DNA of 32,000 nt, taken from assembly GCF_000008625.1 (NCBI RefSeq), contig NC_000918.1, positions 120,001 through 152,000 of the forward strand. The letters are read 5' to 3'. The DNA is from Aquifex aeolicus VF5 (lineage in GTDB: Bacteria; Aquificota; Aquificia; Aquificales; Aquificaceae). The position numbers and the translations under genes were made by a program. The notes under the pieces were generated by a model. The model was not told the DNA's origin, did no database searches, and saw only the letters and a program-made list of their open reading frames with translations. Shown in pieces: positions 1 to 7,800 of this stretch; the first letter of the stretch is position 1, and the number at the start of each line of letters is the position of its first letter.

Positions 1-162
1 AGTTTAACAAACGTTCACGGAGTTTACAAGCTCAAGTTCGGAGGTGGAAGGATTTACGTAAGGAAGGAAGGGGACAGGTGGGTAGTTATCGGTATACTGG
101 ATACGGAGCAGGACAAGGAAAAAGAGCGCTACATAGAGTCTTTGAGGGATAGATTGTATTAA
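1..162 (+). CDS. 3' end (53 codons) of a gene starting upstream of the window; function unknown, with only a weak RelE/ParE/Gp49-like toxin flavour
   Basis: Frame +1 is open from base 1 to TAA at 160-162 and reads ...HGVYKLKFGGGRIYVRKEGDRWVVIGILDTEQDKEKERYIESLRDRLY*. Composition matches the neighbouring genes. It is missing from the ORF track only because it has no start codon in the window. Confidence 0.4.
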   Translation, partial: SLTNVHGVYKLKFGGGRIYVRKEGDRWVVIGILDTEQDKEKERYIESLRDRLY

Positions 163-170
163 TAGGAGTC

Positions 171-179
171 TGGTAAAAT
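171..179 (+). promoter_or_regulatory. Candidate extended -10 promoter (TGGTAAAAT) for the 228-3844 operon
   Basis: TGnTAAAAT lies 49 nt upstream of the ATG at 228. I see no good -35. The same TGGTAxAAT form is found upstream of lon at 31174-31182. Confidence 0.3.
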
Positions 180-227
180 TGATAAAGGACTTAGCAAAAA
201 CTTTGATAAAAACAAAGGAGGAAAGAC

Positions 228-1451
228 ATGGCAGAATTAAGGGAAACTCTCGAAAGACTCGCATCCTTCAGACCTCAAAATTACTACGTTTCCACCCTTT
301 ATTTGAGATTAATGCCCGAAGACAGGCAGGACAACAAGTACCTGAGGGTTTACAAGGACCTAGTGAAAAAGAAGGAAAAGGATTTAGAAAACCTGAACCT
401 GGATAAAGAGGTTCTTGATTCTATAAGGGGGGACATTAAGAACATTCAGGACTTTTTATCCGATCCTAAAAACCTTTACAACTGCAGGGGGATAGCGATA
501 TTTTCCTGCTCAAAGCTCGGACTGTTTGAGTACGTGAAACTTCCCTACGTTTACAGAAACAGGCTTATGTTCTCACCTGACCCTCTCGTGAGGGAAATAG
601 CGGCGATAGACGAGGAGTTCGGAAGGGTTGCAGTTCTGCTTCTTGACAGAAAACACATAAGGTACTTCCTCATGGACATAACGGGAATAGAAGAAAAGCT
701 GGACTTCTTAGAGCCCATGACCACGAGAGCCCACAGGTTCCACAGCGGAGGAGCGCTTCTCAAAGGTGCGGAGGGAACGTTCCAGTACAGAATGCCCGCG
801 AGGGGTGCAGCGCCAAACGTAGTTCAGCACGGAATGGGTGAGTGGCGTTTCCACATGAGATTAAGGGAAGAGTGGCACAGGATACTCAAACTCGCATCGG
901 ACGCCCTCTTTGAAGAGTGGAAGAGAATACACTTTGACAAGTTAATAATCGGGGGATTTATAGAAGAAGGTCTGAGGGAAATAGAAAACTTCCTGCACCC
1001 ATACGTTAAAGAAAAACTGGTGGGTTACATAGAGATAACGCCCGAAGAGGCAACTCCCCATCAAGTTTGGGAAAAAGCCCTTGACCTCCTTTGGCAAAAG
1101 GACAGGGAGCAGGAAAAGGAAATAATTAAGGAGCTTGAAGAATTAAAGGGCTGGGGACTCGCGGTTAACGGAACTTCGGAAGTTCTTGAAATGCTAGCCA
1201 TAGGAAACGTAAGAACGCTAATTCTTCCAGAGGACTTTGAAAAACCCGGATACCTCTGTCCGCAGAGTCACCTCGCATTCTTAAAGCCCGAGTGCCCCCT
1301 TCCCGAAGAAAAGCCCATTCCCGTAAGCGACGTGGTTGACGAGGCATTAGAAGAGGCCCTGGATCAAAGGGCAACGATAGAGGTTATAATAGATAAGGAA
1401 CTCCAGAAGAAGGTGGACGGACTTGCGGCGTTCTTAAGGTTTAAGCTATGA
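228..1451 (+). CDS. Bacterial eRF1/aRF1/Pelota-like protein (baeRF1-type), with a degenerate GGQ loop (HSGGA)
   Basis: 407-aa ORF with SD AAAGGAGG 6-7 nt upstream of the ATG. The C-terminus GLAVNGTSEVLEMLAIGNVRTLILPED...VDGLAAFLRF matches the eRF1/Pelota domain-3 pattern (..G..EV..AL..GAV..LL...GGIAAILRY). The centre, RFHSGGALLKG...WRFHMRLREEWHR, lines up with the eRF1 M-domain (RGGQSA.RF.RLR.E). Confidence 0.6.
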   Translation: MAELRETLERLASFRPQNYYVSTLYLRLMPEDRQDNKYLRVYKDLVKKKEKDLENLNLDKEVLDSIRGDIKNIQDFLSDPKNLYNCRGIAIFSCSKLGLFEYVKLPYVYRNRLMFSPDPLVREIAAIDEEFGRVAVLLLDRKHIRYFLMDITGIEEKLDFLEPMTTRAHRFHSGGALLKGAEGTFQYRMPARGAAPNVVQHGMGEWRFHMRLREEWHRILKLASDALFEEWKRIHFDKLIIGGFIEEGLREIENFLHPYVKEKLVGYIEITPEEATPHQVWEKALDLLWQKDREQEKEIIKELEELKGWGLAVNGTSEVLEMLAIGNVRTLILPEDFEKPGYLCPQSHLAFLKPECPLPEEKPIPVSDVVDEALEEALDQRATIEVIIDKELQKKVDGLAAFLRFKL

Positions 1452-2074
1452 ACGAGAGGTTAATGATATTCATCGACGGTTCTAATCTGTTTCACGGAAT
1501 ACGGTACTTGAACATAAAGGTGGATTATTCAAAACTCGTGGAGTTCTTGAGGGAGGGGCGCTACCTCGTTCGCGCTTACTTTTACACCGCCGTTCCTCAG
1601 GAAAAGGACATCAAGAAGGGAACGCCCGAGTGGGACAGTCTTCAGAGACAAAAGAGGTTCCTTGACGAACTTTCCTTTATGGGCATAAAAGTGAAGACAG
1701 CTCACTTGAGGAAACTCCCGAGCGGTGAGTACCTGGAAAAGGAAGTTGACATAATGCTTGCCACGGATATGCTCTCCCTTGCTTACAGAAACGCTTACGA
1801 TACGGCTGTTCTCGTTAGCGGGGATAGCGACTTTATACACACCGTGGAAGCGGTGCAGAGTCTGGGAAAGAGGGTGGAAAACGCAACATTCAAGAAAACG
1901 AGTTCCTACAACCTGAGAAAGGTGTGCGACAGGTTCATACTTCTGGACGACCATCTTGACAAGATACTCATGGAGGAGAAGGGTAAAGAAATAGTTCCCG
2001 TGGAAGAGGAGGAAAAAGGAACGGAAGAAAGGGAAGGCTTTTTGGAAAGGTTTAAAAAATTCTTCGGGCTATGA
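1448..2074 (+). CDS. NYN/LabA-like (PIN-fold) ribonuclease domain protein with an acidic C-terminal tail
   Basis: 208-aa ORF whose start overlaps the upstream stop (ATGA at 1448-1451). It carries the NYN motifs MIFIDGSNLFHG, EVDIMLATDM and LVSGDSDFIHTVEAVQSLGKRV. Confidence 0.75.
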   Translation: MNERLMIFIDGSNLFHGIRYLNIKVDYSKLVEFLREGRYLVRAYFYTAVPQEKDIKKGTPEWDSLQRQKRFLDELSFMGIKVKTAHLRKLPSGEYLEKEVDIMLATDMLSLAYRNAYDTAVLVSGDSDFIHTVEAVQSLGKRVENATFKKTSSYNLRKVCDRFILLDDHLDKILMEEKGKEIVPVEEEEKGTEEREGFLERFKKFFGL

Positions 2075-2679
2075 AACTGCTGGTTGCCACCACAAACGAA
2101 GGAAAGTACAGGGAGATAAAAGAAATTCTTTCCGAGTATGGTATTGAAGTATTAAAACCCGAGGAAAAACTGGAAGTAGAGGAAACGGGTTGTACATTTT
2201 TAGAAAACGCATACCTGAAGGCTAGAGCTTACTACGAAAGGTACAAAATCCCTGCGCTTGCGGACGACTCCGGTCTTATCGTTGAAGCCATAAGCCCATA
2301 TCCGGGTGTGTATTCCAGCAGGTTTTACGACATAGACTTCGGCGGCAGGGAAGAAGTAAGAACGAACAAGGACGAAGCAAACATAAGAAAACTTTTAAGG
2401 CTTTTGGAAAACACAGAAAACAGGAAGGCAAAATTTGTAGCTTTTATAGTCGTATACGGGGGAAGTTGGGGAATTTTTGCAGAAGGAGAAGTCAGGGGAG
2501 AGATAACGAAAGAGCCGAGGGGAGACAGAGGTTTTGGCTACGACCCCGTTTTCGTTCCGGAAGGTTATAACAAAACCATGGCTGAACTTTCTCCGGAAGA
2601 AAAGAACAAAATATCCCACAGGGGGAGAGCTTTAAGAAAGCTCGTACATGTACTGAAAAATTGTGAAAAAGCTTTCTGA
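2071..2679 (+). CDS. rdgB: Non-canonical purine NTP pyrophosphatase (dITP/XTP pyrophosphatase, RdgB/HAM1 family)
   Basis: 202 aa, with ATGA overlap to the NYN gene at 2071-2074. Motifs: LLVATTNEGKYREIKEIL, PALADDSGL, FGYDPVFVPEGYNKTMAEL and ISHRGRAL. Confidence 0.9.
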   Translation: MKLLVATTNEGKYREIKEILSEYGIEVLKPEEKLEVEETGCTFLENAYLKARAYYERYKIPALADDSGLIVEAISPYPGVYSSRFYDIDFGGREEVRTNKDEANIRKLLRLLENTENRKAKFVAFIVVYGGSWGIFAEGEVRGEITKEPRGDRGFGYDPVFVPEGYNKTMAELSPEEKNKISHRGRALRKLVHVLKNCEKAF

Positions 2680-3844
2680 AAAGTTAAGAGCTTACGAAGT
2701 TCTAAGGGAAGTCTTCAACGTAATTGCGGTTATCTCCCTGAACAGGTTTAAAAAAACGAGACACATAGTCTCTCAAGAGTATCCCTACTTTGAAAGGTTA
2801 AAGGAGGTTCTTGAGCATCTCTTTGCCCTTCATCCGACTCATCCGCTATTCAAACCAAGAGAGGAAAAAAGAGTTTCGGTAGTAGTGTTTACCTCAGACC
2901 TTTCCTTTACGAGAGAGCTCTGCAACAAGATTTTTAAAAGTGTCCCCGAATTTCGGGAGACGGAGTTTATAATCTTCGGAGGAAAGTGCAGGAAGAAAGA
3001 TTTATTTGAGAGACTTAAACCGAAGGTTATCTCAAACACTTTTACTAAGCTTGTAGACTACTCAAAGATTTTAAAAACTTTTGAAGAACTCTTTGAAAGG
3101 TTTGCATCAAAGGAACTGGATGCGGTCTACGTCGTAAGCGCACTTCCGTTTTTGGAAAGGGCTGAAGGAAAGGGAAAAAGGGAAACGGGAAAATCTATAA
3201 AGGAAGAGGAAGTAAAGAGGGAAATACTGTACACAAGGGGAGCGAGGTACGTAAGGGCGGTAGAACTTGGAGAGAGCGGGAGAATAGAGGTTTACGTTGA
3301 GAGGTTCTTACCTCCGAAGATAAAAGGGGTTTACAGGAAGGACTTAATCCTAAACTTTGAAGGAAATGAAGAGGAAATAATAAGAACCGTTCTCAAACTG
3401 TACACGGAGTTTCACGCAAAGTTCTTGAGTTTAGCACACTGGAATGCCTTGAACCTTCAGCGTTTCAGAACGGCAAAGAGAATTCAGGACAATTTGGAAA
3501 GGAAGATAAAGAATTTAAAGAGGCTCATAAGTAAGGAAAGGCAAGAAAAGATTAACAGAGAACTACAGGACATAGCCCTTTCACTTCTGGCTTTAGAAGA
3601 GAAGAAGTTTAAAGACATTGAACACAAAGATTATGTCCTCGAGATAGATAAAAATCTTGAAGAAAGTCTAAAGAAAAAGGTAATAGAAATACTGAAAGAA
3701 CACTTTCCCATTTTAGAAGTTAAGGAGGTGGAAGGATTGCTCGGTTTTTACTTGAGGGGAGAGGGCAAGGTATACAACGCCAGTACCCTGAAACAACTGG
3801 AACTCTTTGTAAGAGAAATTATCTTAAGGGTGGACCGATCTTGA
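2663..3844 (+). CDS. Divergent F1-ATPase gamma-subunit-like protein with a C-terminal extension of about 65 aa (orphan paralog)
   Basis: 393 aa with a GTG start at 2663, the first start after an in-frame TGA at 2654. There is no internal Met and a 17-nt overlap with rdgB. The N-terminus, ...LNRFKKTRHIVSQEYPYFERLKEVLEHL...HPLFKPREEKRVSVVVFTSDLSFTRELCNKIFK, follows the gamma pattern (AAAKLRKAQ...RPY...L..VL..L...HPLL....KKVGYIVITSDRGLCGGFN.N..K). The C-terminal helix, LNLQRFRTAKRIQDNLERKIKNLKRLISKERQEKINRELQDIALSLLAL, follows SE..ARM.AM..AT.NA..LI..L.L.YNR.RQA.IT.EL.EIV.GA.AL. Confidence 0.5.
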   Translation: MKKLSEKLRAYEVLREVFNVIAVISLNRFKKTRHIVSQEYPYFERLKEVLEHLFALHPTHPLFKPREEKRVSVVVFTSDLSFTRELCNKIFKSVPEFRETEFIIFGGKCRKKDLFERLKPKVISNTFTKLVDYSKILKTFEELFERFASKELDAVYVVSALPFLERAEGKGKRETGKSIKEEEVKREILYTRGARYVRAVELGESGRIEVYVERFLPPKIKGVYRKDLILNFEGNEEEIIRTVLKLYTEFHAKFLSLAHWNALNLQRFRTAKRIQDNLERKIKNLKRLISKERQEKINRELQDIALSLLALEEKKFKDIEHKDYVLEIDKNLEESLKKKVIEILKEHFPILEVKEVEGLLGFYLRGEGKVYNASTLKQLELFVREIILRVDRS

Positions 3845-4700
3845 CGAGACCCGTTTCCGTAATTTCCATAAAGTGGGTTTTTGTGTCGTGCCCGCAGAGT
3901 CTGCATCCGTCAATCCTGAAGAGTCGAACTATATCGCCTATCTCCTTTTTGTATATCTGTGCCTGATACTTAGTCATTATTAATTCCTTTGCAAGAACCA
4001 TCGTACAGTCAACTATGTGGCTTATGGCAAAACCGCCTGCGGCTTCCGCGGAAAGTTCTTCGTGGGAACTCCTCTTTTGGGAAACAAAGAGAGCGGTCTG
4101 ATACCACTTCTTCATGAAGTTAAAGAGTTGTCTCACTATAGTCCTTGCGAGCATTTCCTTGGCTTCGTACAACCCTGTTACAGAGTCTATTATGGTGTGC
4201 TTCACCTTGTAAGTTTTTATTACGTGTGCTAGAGTGGCGAGCAGGTTCGGGATGTTTTCCCTGAGCGTTGCGTGACTTGCGGCGTCTATGAGTATTATCT
4301 TATCCTTTATCTTGTCAAAGTCTACGCCCATTGCGGTTGCCCTTTCTCTTAGTCCCATGGTAACGAAGGGTGCAGGGCTTTCAACGGTTATAAAGGCAAC
4401 AGGTTCTCCCCTTTCCGCCTGCTTTACTGTGTACTGTTCCACCATCAAGGACTTTCCCGTATCTGAAACGCCGGTTATGTTCGTAACGGAATACCTTGGT
4501 ATACCGCCTAAAGGTACTTTTACAACTTTCCCTTCCCTGATTTCAGACTTGAAGAAGAGTTCATCCAGTCCCTCTACTCCCGTGGGAACACCTTCGAGTT
4601 TAGGAGCTTTCTTGAGGGCCTCTTCCGCTACCCATATACCCTCTTCTACGACTCTGGGTTTTTCTTGATGTTCTTCCTCGTAGTGTTTTTTGTAGTCCAT
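3819..4700 (-). CDS. Single-domain KaiC/RadA-like RecA-superfamily ATPase
   Basis: 293 aa with SD GGGAGGT 5 nt upstream of the ATG. PTGVEGLDELF...GGIPRYSVTNITGVSDTGKSLMVEQY contains the Walker A motif; HTIIDSVTGL is Walker-B-like. The 3' end overlaps the convergent 2663-3844 gene by 26 nt. Confidence 0.8.
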   Translation of the reverse strand: MDYKKHYEEEHQEKPRVVEEGIWVAEEALKKAPKLEGVPTGVEGLDELFFKSEIREGKVVKVPLGGIPRYSVTNITGVSDTGKSLMVEQYTVKQAERGEPVAFITVESPAPFVTMGLRERATAMGVDFDKIKDKIILIDAASHATLRENIPNLLATLAHVIKTYKVKHTIIDSVTGLYEAKEMLARTIVRQLFNFMKKWYQTALFVSQKRSSHEELSAEAAGGFAISHIVDCTMVLAKELIMTKYQAQIYKKEIGDIVRLFRIDGCRLCGHDTKTHFMEITETGLVKIGPPLR

Positions 4701-4742
4701 AGGTTACCTCCCGTATACGTATAACTTTCATTTTACAACCTC

Positions 4743-4756
4743 TGTAAGGACTTACA
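4743..4756. promoter_or_regulatory. Perfect 6-2-6 palindrome TGTAAG-GA-CTTACA upstream of the nirB sigma-54 promoter; candidate activator (EBP) site
   Basis: The palindrome was read directly. Its centre lies about 32 bp upstream of the -24 GG. It has a TGT...ACA frame like NifA-type UAS elements, but with N8 spacing rather than N10. Confidence 0.35.
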
Positions 4757-4779
4757 AAACATAACTACCCGGAACTTTT

Positions 4780-4795
4780 TGGCACGTTTTTTGCA
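4780..4795 (+). promoter_or_regulatory. Sigma-54 (-24/-12) promoter of the nirB-cobA-trpD-like operon
   Basis: TGGCACGTTTTTTGCA matches the consensus TGGCAC-N5-TTGCW exactly. It ends 25 nt upstream of the nirB ATG at 4821, with SD GGAGGAG in between. Confidence 0.8.
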
Positions 4796-4820
4796 AGAGT
4801 TTCCTCAGGAGGAGTGAAAG

Positions 4821-7800
4821 ATGAAAGTAGTTATCGTTGGAAACGGAATAGCCGGAACGGCTCTTGTAGAGGAAATACTACGATTAAGCAGTGGAAAAGA
4901 TATAAGAATTCAAGTCTTTGGAGATGAAAAGTTTATAGGTTACAACAGGGTTCTCATAACAGAAGTTCTGGCTGGCAGGAAAACACTCAGTGAGATATAC
5001 ATAAAGCGCTGGCAGTGGTACGAGGAAAAGGGAGTAAGGCTGGAAATCGGTAAGAAGGTGGAAAGACTATTTCCCAATAAGAAGATACTCGTAACGAAAG
5101 ACGGGGAATTTTACAGGTACGATAAAGCTATAATAGCAACGGGAAGTAAGCCCTTTATACCTCCTTCTATTAAAGGCGTAAATAAAAAAGGTGTATTCAC
5201 TTACAGGACAGCAAAGGACGTTTTTGAAATTCTGGATTACGCCAGGGTTTCAAAAAGGGCGGTGGTAATCGGGGGAGGACTCCTCGGTATAGAAGTGACT
5301 AAAGCCCTAAGGGACATAGGTCTCGAAGTTTTTCTGGTTCATATCCTTGACACCCTAATGGAACAGCAACTTGATAAAACGGCTTCTGAGCTCCTAAGAA
5401 AGGATTTAGAAGATATGGGAATAAAAGTATTGCTCAAAAAAGTTACGGAAGAAATCTTAGGGGAGAAGAAAGCCGAGGGAGTACGTTTTTCAGATGGTGA
5501 TGAACTCCTTGCTGATTTTGTAATCATCGCTACGGGAATAAGACCGAACGTTGAAGTCGGTGTAAATTCAGGTCTAAAAGTAAACAAGGGCATAGTGGTT
5601 AACGACTACTTGGAGACCTCTGCGAGTGATATCTACGCCGTTGGAGAGTGTATAGAACACAGAGGAAAAACTTATGGTCTGGTAGCCCCAATAATGGAGC
5701 AAGTCAAGGTATGCGCTCACAACGTTGTTCACGGAAATGAAAAGAAGTACACGGGATCACTTACCTACGCTATGTTAAAGGTTGCGGGTGTAAATCTGTT
5801 TTCTGCGGGGGAAATTAACGAAAAAGACGGAGACGAGGTTGTAGCTTTTCTAGATAACGGAAGGTCACTGTATAGGAAAGCGGTAATCAGAAATAACAAA
5901 ATTGTAGGAACAATTTTGTATGGAGATGTAAGGGGAAACAATTACCTCCTCGACCTAATAAAAAGCGGTAAAGATATATCGGAAGAAAGACCGTATTTTC
6001 TTATAAAACACATCCTTCCCAAGGGCACAACCGGGGTTGAAGAACTTAAGGATAATGACATAGTTTGCAACTGCAACGCAGTAACGAAAGGCGAGATAGT
6101 CAAGTGCATTAAAGAAGGGTGTAAAACTTTAGAGGAAATTCAGGAAAGAACAAAAGCTTCTACTTCATGCGGTAGTTGTATAGAACTCGTTGAAGAAATA
6201 CTGAAACACTACGTAAAAGAAAAACCAAAGCGTGTTAATAAAATTGAGGTTATAAAAAAGGAGCTTCATCCCTTTGACTTAGAGTTTAAAAAACGTTTAG
6301 AGAAGTACTTTTCCGAAGGAGAGCTTGAAAACATTCCAGAAGAGGACAGGGACGTAAGACTAAAGTGGTATGGCATCTTTTACAGAAAAGCTACTCCAGG
6401 ATACTTCATGGTCAGAATTAGGGTTCCTAACGGAAGGCTTTCCTACGAGCAGGCTAAGGTAGTTTCCCACATTTCGGAGAAGTTCTGCAGGGGAGAAGTG
6501 GAAATAACTTCCCGTCAGCAACTTCAGATTAGGTGGATAAAGTTAAAAGATTTACCTGAAATCCTTGAAGCGTTAAACAGGGTAGGCCTTTCAACACTCC
6601 AGACGGGTATGGATAACGTGAGGAATGTAACAGGTGACCCTCTTACAGGTCTCGCAGAAGATTCTCTTATAGATACCCTGAGATTGTCTCAAGAGATAAC
6701 AAATATCTTTTTAGGTAAAAAGAAGTACGCAGACCTTCCAAGAAAACTAAACGTAGCGGTTCTGGGTTCACAAACGGACTGTATAAACGCCCTGTTTAAC
6801 GACGTTTGTTTTTACCTTTCGGAGAAGGATGGAAAGCTCGGTTTTAACCTTTATCTGGGCGGAAAGATAGGTTCAGGTGGCCCTAAAAAAGCGATAGATA
6901 TGGACATGTTCGTAGAACCTTACGAAGTACCCGAGGTGTTCAAGGCAACACTTGATATTTATTCAACTTTTGGAAACAGGGAAAACAGAAGTAAAAACAG
7001 ACTGTATTTCCTTCTTCAAGAGTGGGGAGTTGAAAGGTTCAGAGAAGAACTGGAAAAGAGACTGTACAAAGCTATACCCTCAAAAGGGAAAGATTTGGTA
7101 AACAAAACGGGGGAAAGGGAGGGGATTATAAACCTCAGGAATGGAACTTACGCAGTCTGTGTTGTAGTTCCGGCAGGAAAGATAAAGGCTAAGGACTTTA
7201 GACAGATTGCAGAGCTTGCAAGGAAATACGGAAGCAGAGAGCTCAGGTTAAGTGTGTATCAAAATATATACATCCCGAACATCCCGGAAGAGAACCTGAA
7301 CCCACTTCTCGGAGAAGAAATCTTTGAAAAGTTCAGCACGGTTAGCTCTCCTTTTACAATGCATCTTATAGCCTGTGCGGGAAGTGATACCTGTTCCTTT
7401 GGTGTCATACCTAACAAGAGTGACGCTGTGAGGGTGGCCAAATACTTAAGCGAAAGACTCAAACTTGACATTCCTGTCAGGATGCACTGGTCCGCCTGTG
7501 CCAAAGGTTGCGGTCAACACGGGAGCGGAGATATAGGATTTGTAGGGACTAAAACCAAGCTAAATGGAAAAGCTGTGCTGGCTGTAGACGTATTCGTCGG
7601 AGGTTCACCCACAAAGGAAGGTTTCAAAGTAATTCAAGGGCTTCCTTTAGATAAAGTGGAGGAAGCTTCTTACCTACTGCTTAACTACTACCTTGAAAAC
7701 AGACTAGAGGGGGAGAGCTTTGCGGATTTCGCCCACAGGGTAGGAGTGGATAAACTCAAGGTGGTTCTTACAAGTCTTTTACAGGAAGGGGAATGTAAGC

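Noticed and set aside
179-406. 75-aa + strand ORF overlapping the start of the eRF1-like gene in another frame
   Set aside because: The frame starting at 228 has the strong SD and homology-like motifs over 407 aa. The 179 ORF is a short out-of-frame by-product.
873-878. Additional TGGCAC hexamers inside coding regions (873-878 and 14259-14264) as possible sigma-54 promoters
   Set aside because: Neither has TTGC at the required -12 spacing (they read TGGCACAGGATACTC and TGGCACACTATGACG). Both are deep inside ORFs with no downstream start.
4714-4723. Palindrome TATACGTATA in the KaiC-like/nirB divergent region as a promoter or operator
   Set aside because: It could be read as TTGTAA-N16-TATACG for the KaiC-like gene on the minus strand, but the -10 lacks the conserved final T. 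With no second supporting signal I leave it unassigned.
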